Origin: Raillietiella orientalis
Taxonomy: Eukaryota
Reading direction: 5' to 3'
Assembly (NCBI GenBank): GCA_036172245.1
Contig: JAYWIR010000010.1
Location: forward strand, 1,364,001 to 1,428,000
DNA length: 64,000 nt
The notes beneath the pieces were generated by a model. The model was not told where the DNA came from. It did no database searches and saw nothing but the letters and a program-made list of their open reading frames with translations. Below are positions 38,323-52,019 of this stretch, piece by piece. The position numbers and the translations under genes were made by a program. How positions within the stretch are numbered: position 1 is the first letter of the stretch; the number at the start of each line of letters is the position of its first letter.

Positions 38323-41300
38323 GTGGTCATATTTGGCCTCAGATAAAGTTTACCACCCGCTTAGGGATGCACTCTCGTGCAACCTGACTCCTGGGAGAGC
38401 TCCCTTAACGTTCGAGAGGAGTCATCGTACGGGCCTTTCGTCCTCTCTGAGAGACAGCCGCGTTCAAGCGGACTTGGACGGACTCCATGAATCCCGGAAA
38501 GAAGGAATCTTTCGAACGTCACATTCCCCAACCGCCGGCGCGCGCCGGGCTCGGCGAGGACCCTACCGAACGCAAGCTGACAGCGTTTTAATTACTAGTA
38601 GCTGTTTTGCTAACGGACTCTGGGCATTTTAATTTTTCTTCTCGAGGATAGTGAGTTTGTTGATGAACACTGATGATGGTATTTGAAGCCCATGCGGCCT
38701 GTTGATGTCCCATTCCAGGTAGATGGAATGTTTTCCCTTCTTGTTCCTTTTTCTTTTTTTCTGTGGTGGTGAAGTGCTGTTAGCTGAAGAGACAGCTGGC
38801 AACCCGGAACTCGAGAGATCAGCGGTGCGGATGCAAATTTCGGCTTCCCTCGGTCGGTTTCGAAGCAATGATTCAAAGAGTGAGGCTGGTGGACTGAAGT
38901 GGAAGGCACCAGGATCGAAACGACGGAATGACCTTTGACAGAGACCAGTTCCAAATTCTTGATATCTCCATGCAGAGGAGTCTCCGTGGAAACGGGAGCC
39001 ACAGGGAAGAGCAGAATGAGAAAAAAAAGAAGAGAAAGGCAACCGGGAGGTGTCCGGTGCAACCGGGAGCTCCTGGGAGCGAGTTCCATTTCGGATGAAT
39101 GATGCGTTAGAATGGGGACCAGAGATGAAATGAACGTGAGTCAAGGAAGAGTCTGAGAGTGGCTTGGAGTTTGCCAGAAGATCAACCAGATAAGCGCACT
39201 GGAGGATCCTCATTCTCCTCGGTTCGGGTGAGGCACCTGAATGCTCGAAGGTTCGCTGGCTTGGCCACCAAGAAGGGTGACGAAGAGTAAAAGATTACCA
39301 TTTCCAGCTCTGGATGTCTGGACGAGCAGGACGGATGTTCTCAGCTTCAGAACGCGCTAGCCATTGAACAAATGGCTGCAGAGCGGCGTCCCTCCTCCTA
39401 GTGGACTACGGTGGGACTACGCAGCGCATCGGGATTCTCGGGAGGATTGAGGGGAGCAGCGACTCATCGGTTTCGAGGTAGCGGAAGATGCTGGTCGCAG
39501 GCAAGAGCATCCGCCGTTCCGATCCCTACCCGAAGATCTTACTCCTCGTTCTTCTGCGTCCGCTCCGAGAACTGGCGGCGCGAAAGCGGCCGGTTCACCG
39601 ATCACGAACGACCTGGCCGCGGGGAGGAAGCTGCTGCCGCTTTGCTCGTGCTCCCATCGACGAATCTCCCCCTAGCACAGAGCGAAAGCGATGATGTCCA
39701 GAGATGACGTCACGGCGCTCTCAGCGATCCTCTTGGGGATCCGCGCTCTGAGCCGAGCGACGACCACGAAGGCAACCGCTTCCTCCTCGTGCGAAAGCAG
39801 GCGACGTTGTTCTCTCCGATGCCCTCCGGCCTCAGGATGGGAGGGAGGAGGTGGGGAAGACGGACGGCCCGTGACTGCGGGCACCCTTTCGTTCCGGTTG
39901 AGTTCGCGAGCGCGCTCGGTCGTCCACGCTTGGCTTTCAACCTTTCCCTCCCCCACCAACGACGCAACCGGCCAGTGGATTCTGGCTGCCGCGTGACAAA
40001 TTTCCCCTTGCGCGAGAGGACCCCTCCCTCCGTCGGAGGCAGTCCTTCCGACGTTCCATCGGGACGCTTCAGGTGGAGGCGAGTTTTTCCTTGCGCCAGG
40101 TTTCCCTTGTTCCTTCATTCGTGGAGTTGTTTCTCACTGAAGGAATGAACAAGGAACGCATGGAGGTGTTCACCCCTGGAGCTTGCGGAGGGACATATCC
40201 CTCTGTTCCAGGAAGATTTCTGGAAACCCAAGCTTTTGGGAGAACGGACGTTGTCGGAGCCGCTGTGTGTCTCGAGATTGACTGCTGCCAGAGTCCACAA
40301 AAGCGCCAACTCGGTAGCGCCGCGCATCTTTCCCGGGCGCCAGGAGACGAGAGTAGCAAACGAGGGGGAGATTTGATTGCCTTTGATTGGAGCTGAGAGC
40401 CGGTGGGGAAACTCGAGTTGCCCGTCTCTGGACTTCAAGAAAAGGAAGCGGGGGAGGAGGCAGCTGGTCTTCAAGACTCTTTGCTTCCTTCCTCTTTCCC
40501 TTTCGTTTCCCAGGGGAGCTCCGGGAGGTTTCCAGAAATCAGCCGTGACTCTAAGCTGGCCGGACACTCACCAGGGATCACCCCCTCCTCTCCTGAGAAG
40601 CCGTTCCCGAGGGAGGCCTCGTTCCCAGCGGGTGCGGCAAGTTCCCTGCCCACAGGGACCGAGAGAAGAGGATGAGGACGCGCGCGCCTGCGGGTTACCG
40701 CGAAGGGGAACGGATGATGACCCATCCCATAGGGGAAGTCCGATCGGGAGCGGAGCGGAGACCCTGAGGCAGGATCCTGGGAAGTGAGGCGACCACACCC
40801 ACTACCCTTCACCCCCACCCACCCACCCCCGTGCGACCACCTTACCATAAGGATCCTCGAGAGCTCCATCCCGGAGCATCCGTCCTCCAGCGCACCGAGG
40901 CACTCCGAGACTACGGGCGGTTGTGGGCGCCTTTTTTGCTCTTCCCGGGCGCTTTTCTTTCTCCCGCTCTTTCTTTTTTGCGGGAGCGAGCGAGCGAGCA
41001 AGCGCGTGCGTGAGTCGGTTCCTTTTTTTTTTTTTTTTTTCCCTTCTTCTTCTTTCTTTCCCTCCTCCCCTCTTCACTAACTTTCACTTTTATCGGCGCG
41101 TTGGCAAATGAGGCCCGGCCACCCATGCCGGGAGCGCTTCGCTCTCCCGTTCACCTTGGGTCCGGCTGGCGGAACGCGTCCTTGCGGAGAAGGAAGGGAG
41201 GAAGCGCGTCTGCTCCGGCGGTCCAGGGGTTACCGCTGCTTTCGGACAGGAGGGTCTCTGCTGCAGCGCCAGCGGCCACGGCGACCGCAAGGCACCCGGG

Positions 41301-41799
41301 AAGAGCAGGGAGAGGGTCTTTCTCACTTCCAGCCTCCGGCATCGGGAGCAGGAGGGCGGCACCACCGACGACGGCCGGATTAAGAAACTTCCGGAAGTGT
41401 CCCTCTTTCCTCTCGTTACGGCCAGATGAGGAAGAAGAAAAGGAAAATTAAAAAAAAAAGAGAGAAAAATCTGGAGCAGGCGAGGTTTTTCCTCCTCTTT
41501 TCTTTTTTTCTTCTTTGTGTTTTTCGGAAACTCTGGAGATAATTAAGAAACCGTTTCCATGCGTCGCAAGCGTCACGCTCCGCTGCACTTTCCCTCTGAT
41601 GTGGATACGCGAGGAAGGGGGGGAGGCATGAGGGGGGAAGGAATTTTGGTGGCTGCAGCGGCAGCCGCAAGAAGAAGCGGAATTTTTCTGATTTTCTTCC
41701 TCCCTCTTCTCTCTGACCTTCCCGGTCTGGAAGCTCCTCAAGGACCCGCGGCTTCTGCTGTGGCTGTTCCTCCTCCCTTTCCTCCTTTTGAGAGACCAG

Positions 41800-41958
41800 G
41801 GAAGGAGCGACCCCGTAGGGGCCACCCTATGAATCCAGGAAGGTCTCTGAGGAAGTTGTTCGTCCCTCTTACGCTCGGTAGGGGAACCCCGAAGGGAACC
41901 CCCGCCCTGGTTGTCTCTGAAGGGAATCCCGAAGGGAGTCATCTCTTCCTTATTCCCG
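41800..41958 (-). mobile_element. Internal fragment of the same SINE family (copy 3)
   Basis: ccctatgaatccaggaagg...cctcttacgctcgg...cgccctggttgtctctgaagggaatc...tcttccttattc matches 13605-13712 in the same orientation and about 53450-53565 in reverse. Confidence 0.75.
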
Positions 41959-44900
41959 CATAGAGGCGGCAGGCACTTGGACTGCCTATCTGCGGGGGAA
42001 CGCTGCTGCTCCATCTACCCGAAAGACTGACACGAATGTGAATTTCCGAATTTTCCTTTCATTCCCCCTACGGGGAATTCACTCCTCCTTGGAAAGGAGA
42101 GAAGGAAGGACCCGTCGTTACCAGGAGGCGGTTTTTCATTTTTGTTCACTTTCTATCCATCCAGTCTACTTCTCCTCCTCCTCCTCATTCATTCCTCTTG
42201 CCATTCTTTCCCTTTTTTTCTTCCTCCTCCATCGTTCCTCCTTGTTCTCTCCATCCACTCTCACTCCATCTCCTTGTCCTTTTGATTCACCTTCATCCCT
42301 CTTCGTTCTCCTCTTGATCCTCATGCGTTCCCCGTCCACTTCCATTTCCCCTCTACTTTCCAGGGGAGACCGATTTCTCGATGAACAGTCTGCAAGGATC
42401 CCCACATCCTTGCCCGGGTACGCGCGAGGAGGAGCAGGAAGAATCTTTTAGGACAGGGTCGTCTCCCTGGCAGATGGCTTCATCTTCCTCCTCCCTCTCC
42501 GATCGTTCGGAAAAAGGCGGGAGACTTAGCGACCCCATCCCCGGCGTCTCCCTGATGCCCATGGGGTTGCCGCACTTCCTCCTCGACAGCCTGCTCCCGT
42601 GCATGCGCCTCCCGCTCCAAATGTCCGCTGCCCTCTCCAGTGCCAGAGTCGCGTTCGGCACGCTCCGCCTGTTGTCCACAGTTGACCGGCCGGCGGCTTG
42701 GAGGCAGCAGGTCTACCGTGAAGGAGGTGACCTCAACGCTCTTCGTTCCTCCTCCCTAGGAGTGAAAGGGTCTCAGGGAGCGAGAGTGGAGGGAGGGGTG
42801 CTGCTCTTCTGGAAGAGATTCCCCTCTCCCATTTTCTGCTTCTTCTCTTCCCCTGTTCTCAGACCAGCTGAGACGACCTCGCTCCTCGCACGCGGCAATC
42901 TGTCTCGCGAATTCACTGCCACAGACGGGAAGGAGACTCCTGTGCTCCCTGAATTCCTCTAAGCAGAAAGGAGACTCCCCTCTGCCTCCTTTCTGAAGCT
43001 CGTCAAGGAAGTGCCTGGGCACTCACATCCTCGAGGGCTGTCGGAGGACCGTCGGTCCCGCTCTTCGGAGGCAGCAGCCAAAGGGAAGAGAGCGTGTTGC
43101 CGGGAGGGGGAAACAGTCTGTGACTCCGGAGGAGAGTAGAGGAAAGAATCAGGAGGGGGAGGAAGAGGAGGAACGAGGAGTAGGGAGAAGGGAAAGAGCC
43201 AGAGAGAAGCGTATCGATATTGAGGAGGCCAACGCTGGGGAAAGGGGGAAAGGGGGCCGGCATCAACACCTCCCCCGTCTGCCCACCCCTCGACTGCGAG
43301 CGATGCACCGGAATTGGGTTGGCTCCCCGCAGGCCTCTTCGCAGGGTCCGGATGGCGACGGGAAGGCTCCCGCTCTCTCGGAGGAAGATCCGAGGCTTCC
43401 GCGCTTTGGGGGGATTCCGGTGGTGTGCAGCGGCGTGGGATTTCATGGTCCTCGGGCGGACCCGGGAGCTAGGATACCTCCGGGGGGGAGAAGAGAGGGG
43501 AAGGGTCTTCATCTTTGGAGAGCTCTCGCGAGCTGAGTGTGTCCGCTCTGGCGGGAGGTGCACATGCCCGACGGCGGTTTCGAAACGGCGCACGCGCGTC
43601 GCTCTGCCTCGATGGAGGAGGCGACACGCTCAGCCGTGCTCAGCCTTGTCGGACTCACCAAAGCGTGCCAGAAGGAAAGAAGAAAAAGAAAAACAGCATC
43701 AGGAAAAAGGCCGCGTTGGACGGTCTCTGCGTGAAGGCGGACAACGGATGATGACGACGACGAAAGCTTCGATGGTGATGCGTGGTGCCTTTCTGATGTG
43801 TCCAGGGAGAGCTTCTGCCTCCCCTGAGCCCGAAGAAGAAATGACGCTCGCTCGTGTTCCTGGGCACACCTGTGCTAGCGTCTTCAGAAGCGCTCCTCTT
43901 CCGTCTTCTTCCTTAGCCTCTTTTTGCGCCGGCTTCGACCCGGAGACGAATGCTCTTCCGGATGAACCCGCCGTGATCCGCATTTCTCGGCGCAGGATCG
44001 GGAGCCACCACGCAGTTGTCATGCAACGTCATTCTCCACCCCAGGAGCAGGTAGACGGGTAGATGCTCCAGAAGCTGCACCTCCGTTCTCGGCGCCCGGC
44101 TGTTCTTTCGCGGTCTGCGAAAGATCCACGATGCTCCTCCTCCGTTCCACGTGCGGATGGACCGAAGTCCGACTTCTTCTTTGCCTCCATTCTGAGACAG
44201 CGGCGAATGCAGGATGTCTATCGCTTTGGCTCCGAGGAAGCTTCCGAAGCTGCGTCCACTCCGGACAGCCGCAGCTCTTCCTCCGCATCCGCCCCTCTCT
44301 CCGACTGCTGACGGGTGACGAAGGCGCGAGCCCAGTAAACTGAATGTGCCGTTCTTCGAGCCAGGAACACAAGAAAAATTCCAGAGATTTTCCTCCTTTT
44401 TTCATTTTCATCTTTTTTTTTTTTTTTTTATTTCTTTTTCTTTTTGCTTTGCTCGGTCAGTTGTGAAGGAGACGCATCGAGGTGACCGGATGGTTTCTCT
44501 GCTTCCGCTTCTGGCTTTGTGCCCAGGAGACGGCGCTGGTGCTGACGGTAAGGTCAGTCCGCAGCTGAGGCCGCTGCCACTCCTCCCTTCTCGCTGAGGT
44601 CGGGTTCCTTGCCGACGAGTCACAACTTCCCCGCTCACCTCCTAAAGCACAGGAAAGAAGGAAGCTGATGACCCGTTGGGACTCCCACCGCAACTGCAGA
44701 TCGGCGTTGCCTCTTCTTCCTCCTTCTCATCTTCTAACCGATTCCACTCCTTCCATAACCTCTCTCCTCCTCCCCCCTTCTTCCTCCTTTTTCCTCCCCT
44801 GCTGCTCTTCCTCTTCCTCTCTCACCCGGAGTCTCCGAAGAAGGGCAGGGCGAGAAGAGACGATGGCCTGGGGAGGACTTTGTTAAAGGACCTTGCAAAG

Positions 44901-46973
44901 AGGAGAATCTTTCCCGTTTGGGAGAGGCGAAAGAAGAGGAGCAGAGGGTGCGCGAGAGCTGTATTCTGACTTTACCATCAGCCGGGAAGGACGCAAGGGC
45001 CACCCGGGAACACAGGCTCCGGTCTGTGTGGTCGGCTTCCGGCCTTTCCCTCATCCCTCTCTGCCAACGCGCCTAAGAGCCTCGGAAGAAACGTCGTCAA
45101 CACCAACGAGCAGCGGACGAATGGCAAATGAACGGGACGCCAGAAGAGATGCAGCTTTCGAGGTTCGAGAGAGGTCCAGGTGCGGGAAGCATGAGGGGGC
45201 ATCGCCTCTCTCCCGTGCTTGTTCGTGCTCCTCTCGCTTTGGACCTCCCACCATCCGTTGCCGCCATACGTGCGGGGAGTGGGGAGGTCCGCCGCCAGCT
45301 CGCTGCGCCCATCTTTCCGGCTGCGGTGGCGCTTGACCTGTTCAAAGAGGCGGGAGTTGTTTCGCATCCCTTCCAAAGGGACTTCGGCGGGGTTCTGCTC
45401 CTCGCTATGGGTGGAAATAGTTCCATCCCCTCGCTTTCGCCGCTTTTCGGAGCCGCAGGAAACCTCCGTCTCTTCGCGAGCGCCTCATCTCCCCGAGTGG
45501 ACGCCTCTAGGCGGAGCAGCGCACGCGAGCCTACGTCGGCGATGAGCTGAAGCAGTAGTAGCAGTAGCAGAAGGAGGGAACCGAGAGAGGCGAGAGCGGT
45601 CGGATGACGGATGGGAAGGTCATTCGCGGAAGACGCACGGAAGCGGCCGGCACGACTCCAGGAGTATCATCCGGGCGGGTCCTCGGAGGGCTCGATAGGT
45701 TGCACTCCGAGCATCAAACCTGCTCTTCCCTCCATCTCCTCGTTCCGACTGTTCCTCCGAACGCAACGAACAGCTGCTCGCCTCTTCGCCTGCCCCTCGA
45801 CTCTGCTCCGTCCGTAGGTCCTCCACGGGCACCGTCGACCTGCGGTTGCGGTGAGGGTCCCGACGTGCCCATCAGCTTCCTTCTCTGCGCGTTGGGAGGC
45901 AAGCGGGGGGGAGTTGTGCTCATCGGTAAGAAACCCGAATTCAGCGGGAAGGTCACTTTCCCCCACTTTCATCCATCCCCATCCACGGAGAGAGGGTGGT
46001 CAGATTTACCCGACCATTACCTTAGTGTCTCTTCCTGCAGGTGTCCACCAGGAAGGATCCAGGGACCTTGGAGAAGATCCCTCTCACGATAAAGGAAGAG
46101 AAGGACGCGGAACTGGTCGATCTTTCCCTGCTGACGACTGAGGGAGCAGAACGCTCCTCGTCTTCGTCCATTCTTCCCTTCCTCTTCCTCCTCCTTTTCC
46201 TTTCCCTCTCCCTTCCTCTTTCCCTCCTCCTCGTTTTCCCCTCCTCCTTCTCCTCTTGTACCGAGAGAAGATGCAGCTTCCAGATTCCTCTCGGCAGCAA
46301 CGGCCGCATTTTTTCAACTTCCTCTCTTCCCGTATCCGCCTTTGCCCCATGCTTCCTCTGGAAAAGGGAAAGGGGAGAAGAGGGGAAGGAAGCGCGTAGG
46401 CGGGAGCAAAATTCATCCCCTCTCCTTTTCCCCAGTAGTCCTTTTCCTCGGGATGGCTCGGTAGCCGAGGTAATGCTTCACGTCCCGCGATCCCTTCGGC
46501 TTCACCCGAGAACTTTTTTCCCACACGCTGCCCGGCGCATCGCAAGCGGTCGTTCCTCCAGGAGGACCAAGACCTAAGAGAAGAAGAGGCTTCCGAAGAC
46601 TCGCTCCTTTGCTGTCGCCGCAACCCCCCTCCTCTTCCCCTTGCTTTCCGCGAGTCTCCGGAGGAGAGCCGCGGGGGAGGAGGAGGGAGGAGGAGGGGGG
46701 GGGGTGAGTCGGCTACGCTTTCCCAGGAGGAGAAGCGAAGGAACGCGCGCAATTCTCGAAATCTGGAGCGGTTGAGAAATGCTCTTTCCGAAAATAGGCA
46801 GCGAGAAAGTTCAGGAAGGGAGGGGGAGGAGTGGGGGGGGGGCATTCTTGACTCCGAAGCTAAAGCGCCCGCAGCCCTGGCGGGAAAAATGCAAACAATG
46901 ATGGTGACCGCCCTGCTGCTCGGTCGCTTGAGAAAGACCTGAAAGGGGGAGGGGCTGCGGAAAAGACAGGGTA

Positions 46974-47009
46974 ACGTGGTGGGAGCTGCCTCAGCAGCTC
47001 CCACCACGT
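46974..47009. repeat. Perfect 16-bp inverted repeat with 4-nt loop
   Basis: acgtggtgggagctgc-ctca-gcagctcccaccacgt. Confidence 0.9.
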
Positions 47010-48437
47010 GGGACCGTGCACAGTGTCACCGGGAAGGAGCCACAGGGGAAAAAGGGCGTGAGGTGGGGAAACGCGCATGGCTGCGGGGAGATGACCGATG
47101 GCAGTTGTGGATGCTCGGCGAACGCGGAGGCAAGCGAGGGAAGCTGCTATCTTCTCCTCCCTCCCCCTTCCTTCTCCTTCCCTCCTCGTGGAGAAACACC
47201 GCCTGCCCCACTCGAGAGACGGGGAGGAGGAGGAGGGTGCGAGGCTGCTCGCTGAGGGCCTCTCGAGATTCCTCGGGATGACGCAAGCGGGCGGGCCCTC
47301 TCGTCGAGAGGGTGGAGGAGGAGGGAACGAAAGCTAGCGTCTGGGGCGCGTCTCGGGATCTTCTCGGGGAGGCCCTTATCCCTCTCCCTCCTCCTCAGCT
47401 CTGTCCCTCCTCCCGTCGCCTGGGCAACCGTGGGGAACGAGGTCTCGGTGGAGGATACGCTCCGCCGAGCTTGCGCGTCCCCCGGGAAGGGCGCCTCCTT
47501 CCTCCCAGTCCTTCGTCCTCCACCCTTTTCGTCTCCGCCCCTCATCCTCCGGATCCAGAGTTGCCAGTGGCAGCGGCCCGCGGGGGTGAGAGAGAGAAGG
47601 GGCGGGGTAGAAGTGGTCACGGACCACCGGTGCGTGGCGAAATTGGGAGAGGCCTTCGAGAAAGCGTCTCCCCCTCCTCCTCCTTCGGGGTGCGCACTAC
47701 GCAGCCGAGCGCCACGTGCGCGCGCGCGGAGGGGGAGGGGGGAAGGGAGAGACGCGCCCGCTGCTCGGATGCGCGGCTACTCCCCTGCTTGGGATTACGC
47801 GCTCAGAATGCAGCGGGAGGACGACCGCTGCTCTCCGCACCGCTGCCCGCGACCGCGGGAAGTGGAAGAGGCGGACGGACATCCACTCTGGGCGCGGGAC
47901 CGAGGAGACTGCAAGCGGAGGATAAGGGCGGAGGACCACGCCCATGCTTTCCGGTGGGCTGCCCAGCGTGAGGGGTTCTCCTGCCCCCTCTTCCTCTCAG
48001 AAAGAGCTCCTCCCCCACTCCCTCCCTCGCCTCCCCTGGAGGCGCCGGGAGCTGACTCCATCCAGGGGCCGCGCCGCTGCAGGAGGAGTAAGGAATCTCT
48101 TCCTGCACGGGGACAGCATGGCTCCGGGACGCACCCCGCGGCACAGCGAAGCTCAGACGGGCGCGTCACGCCGAGAAGCACCGCCACGCAGCCGAGCTCC
48201 ATGCACGTGCGAACCGGGCGCCATGCCGCTCCCGCAGGGGGAGCTTTCTGCAAGAGGGAGAGCCAAGAGGGGTCCGGAATGGACGCCTGCGGGACGGAGA
48301 ACAAACGGTCAAGAACCGCTGGAGGGGACGCAAATTGAGGGGGGAGGGGAGTGGGTGGGGGACAGGAAGCAGCGCACACGTTTCCGTACGGCGAAGGAGC
48401 ATGAAGAGGGGAGGCAAAAAAAGGAAGAGGAAAAGAA

Positions 48438-48590
48438 TGGTGGTGTTCACGAAGGTGCTGCTGCTTTTACTGATGGTGGTGGTGGTAGAAGTGGTAACGA
48501 TGGAGATACTGCTGCTGCTGCTGACGGTGGTGGTAGAAATGGTGACGAATACGCTAATGATGATGGTGGTGGTGGTGATGTCCGTGAGGA
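48438..48590. repeat. Degenerate mixed triplet repeat (GGT/GCT/GAT)
   Basis: Runs of ggtggtggt, gctgctgct and gatgatgat, with a repeated ggtggtagaa(g/a)tggt(a/g)acg unit. Confidence 0.8.
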
Positions 48591-51500
48591 TGAAGGGTAA
48601 CAGAGGCAGGGAGGAATGGAAGTGGAGAGACTTTCTCTGGGAGGACAAGATGGCGGTTGTTCTTGTCGTGAAGACCCGCATCTGCACCCGGAGACGGGAG
48701 TCCTCCCCTTGAGGTGACCGAGAGACGCAACCAAACCAGCTGAAAGGAGGAGGAGGAGGAGGAGGAGAGGAGCTGTCCGCCCGACTCAGTTGACCTCCTT
48801 TTCCCCCGTAGGGTACTTCTCGTCCACCTGTCGCGGGTGGGACTTGGCGGAAAGCGAAGGAAGCGAGAGGAGGAAGGAGGGGGAGAATCGGGTAGGGAGA
48901 AGGGCTCAGCGGGTTCATCTCCGCTATCCTGTGGAAGCTGGCTTGCCTCCCCCGCAGCGAAAGGGCCCCGCGAGACCCCTTCCTTTGCTCTCTTCCGACA
49001 GGTCGTGCTCCTCTGTGGCTGTTCCTGCGGCCCTCTGCTCCAGCAGCCTAACGAGCTGCTAGGCTTCTTCCTTCCCCGTCGGAGACAGAGAGACGGGACG
49101 GATGAGGTCGGGAAGAGACAGGTAAGCGCGATGAGGAGCATCCTCTCTGGTGCGGTTGCGGAGGAGGACGAACGTTCCTTCGTTCCACGGGCATGGATCG
49201 GAAAGCCTCGGAGCTGCTTATTTCTGGGGCGCCGCGCTGGAGGAGGAGGGCGTGGACCGCAAGTGCCCTCACGCGCCAGAGAACGAGCCAGGAAAAAAAA
49301 GCATAATAAGTGGGAGGAGAGAGGGTTGCAGCCGAAACTCCCTCCCTCCTAGGAAGTGGCTCTGCAGCGGAACATCGGGAGGAGGAAAAAAAAACGGAAA
49401 AGGAAAAAACTGTTGATAGGCAGCGGAAGAGGGAGTAGGCAAAGTGGACGGAAGGGGGGGGAGTAAGGGGAAGAGGAAAAGCGCACCGACTCACTGGGTT
49501 TCATCCTGATCCCCTTTTCCTCATCCCTCGCCACCCCATCACTCGAAGAGTAGTTTCTTCGCGTTGCTCTTGGCAACGAGAAGTCCGTCTTCTTCCGCAA
49601 GCGCCTCCCAGGAAGCTGCTCGAAAAGGGGAAGGGAGGAAGAGTCAAGAGTCTACAGCTCAGTTGTCGTGGAGACGACGAGGAAAGCTCCTCCCCCCCTC
49701 CTCTCTCTCCAGTCAGCAGCCGCCCCTCCGTATGTGGAAGGATCGCAGCTTTCCCATCAGCCTGGGAAGCCCTCCGTCTTGCAGAAGGCTTTCCAGGCTT
49801 TTTCAGCCAGGAAGTGGCTTAGGGCTCGCGCGCATGGGGCCCACGCCTTGCCTCCTGAAGAAGGAGGTGGCATCAACAAACCGGTCGCTGCCTTTACTGG
49901 AGATGTCGACGACGTCCATGTCTCCTACCCCTTCGGGGATGTCACGTTTCCAGGAAGCCAGAAGTCGCGCGCGCGAAGCTGCGGAACGCTGGCGGTTTTC
50001 CAGCAGGGCTTCGCCACTGCCGATCTCAAGGCTTCGGGGAACGTGGAGGCTAGGAACGCATGTCCCTCTCGTCTGTTCCCTTCAGTCTCTCTAGGAGGCG
50101 GTGTGCCAGTTAGGGACACTTCCGGTGGGTAGGATAGGGGAAGAGGTGAACGGTCCGACGGATCACTTTCCTGCTAACCCCCGATCTCTCCATCTTTTCA
50201 AAAGTCCTGTTTCTACGACTCATGCTGCAGAGGAGAAATTCGAGGGAGTTTCTGAGGACGACCGGGGGCAATCGCCTTCCCCTTCGTTGTCATTCTGTTT
50301 CCCCAGGGAACGTAGGATCTTCTACCGCACCTGGCAAGATGATTTTCCTCACGATCCGGTGAGCCTTTACACTGCTTTCCCCAATGCGTGCTTCTCAGTC
50401 CCCTTTCTCCCAATGGAATGCCTGTAGGGAGGACTGTTGAGCAATGCGGCCGTTCCGATTATGGAGACAGGTTGTAGTTCCGCACTCTGCGGATAGATGC
50501 CACCGCTCCTTTCCTCCCGGCCTCTGCCTGACGTCGCGGCCTCCGGGCGGCGTGCCGCACACCCCTCCCTGGATTGCTTTCTCCGCTCCTCCACGAGGGA
50601 GCGCACCTCGAAGCCAGCCGAGTCGCAATACGGAAACCTGGCTGCTGGCCCTCTCGCAGAGACAGCAGTGGGTTTCCAGCACGACGAGCAAGCACTTCCG
50701 ACCTCCCCGGAAGGAGGGGAAGAAAAGGAGATCCGAGAGGGAAGCAGAGGGGGAAGGGGGGAAGAAATTAGTGACCTCCAGCATTCTGGAACTATCGCGA
50801 GTGGGTTGGGGCGCGCGGGCCTGACGTCCTCCGTCATACGATACGAAGAGGTCGAATCTTCGTTTCGCACAAAAGAGCCGGAGTCCGCGGCCGGGTCCCT
50901 GTCGCATCTCCTCTCCGAGTGGAGATGGGAAGGATCTACGCGATGCAGCGGCAGGAGAGAGGGTATCCAGCACGTATGCTGGGGGAAGGGAAGAAGACGG
51001 CTCGGGGGTCACTAAGCCATGTGAGAGCGCCGGGATGCGGAAGGGGGGGAGGAAAGGGAAGAACGCTACAACTCGAGGAGTGCGCCCTCCCCCTCCCGGC
51101 TTCGAGAGGCACAGGAAGAGGGAAAGGGAAAGGGAGATGTAGAAGGAGAGAGAGGTCAGGAACGAAGGAGGAGGAGCATGAGGACCACCTGCTGTTCCCA
51201 CCTGTGCAAGAGCAACGCGGGTGCATCTCCTCCTTATCGCCGCCCCCTGAAGAAACCCATTCCTCCGTATGTTTCACCCCTCTCATCCCTTTTCCCAGTT
51301 CGCTTCGTTCCGGAACTCGGAGGGGCAGGCGCGAGTGCCGTTCTGTCGAAGAGGTCCGGCCAGGTCACTAAGTGCGACCAGGTAGGCAAGGAAAGGGAAG
51401 GGGGAAGGAAGGAGAGCCACACCCTTCCCGGGGAGGCCATGCCTGTCCAGCCTCCACCGTCGGAGCGGTGTGACAAGCTTTTCGCCTCGAGCGCGCGTTT

Positions 51501-52019
51501 CCTTGGCTCCGCCACCGCCAGGGGCGTGCCGAATTTGGAGGGGTGCCCGTGCTGGAAGCCTTCCCGCCCCCTCTCCACGCCCATTTCCTCCGGCAAGAAG
51601 GGGAAGAAGGGGCAGCGCTCGACAGGGAAGGTCCTACTTCCGAGCAGGATGGGGCCACCCTTCCACAAACCTTCCTTCCCTCCCTTCCCTTCTCCCGCCC
51701 TCAGGGCTGCCTCCCTTTTGCCTCTTCCGGCGGACGACCTGGCTTTCAGGCGGTGGGTAGGTGAGTCGCTCTCGACTTTCAGAGCCACTCGTCACCTTCT
51801 GCTCACCTGCGAGGGGAGGGCACCTCCCTCAACTCATCCTTCCCTCCTACCCTGTCAGCCACCGCGAGCTGCTGCTGGAGCGCCTCCGCCTGGGAAAGCG
51901 GGAGTCTCAACCCTTCCCGACTCCGGAAGGCCTTTTGTCGACCTCGACCCTCCCGCGTCCCCCGTATTGATGCTCGCCTTATCCTGTAACGGCTCCCTTC
52001 TTTGTGGCGCACGGGCATT

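Noticed and set aside
38610..39089. ORF with a signal-peptide-like start (MELAPRSS...LLFFLILLFPVAPVST) as cuticle gene exon 1
   Set aside because: The hydrophobic stretch derives from a T/C-rich tract, and I found no convincing phase-0 donor linking it to 38160.
48335..48712. Val/Leu/Met-rich membrane-like ORF
   Set aside because: It is a translation of the degenerate triplet repeat.
49790..50100. Possible piggyBac-like transposase fragment (DVVDISSKGSDRFVDATSF)
   Set aside because: The resemblance is weak, with no supporting motifs, TIRs or TTAA ends.
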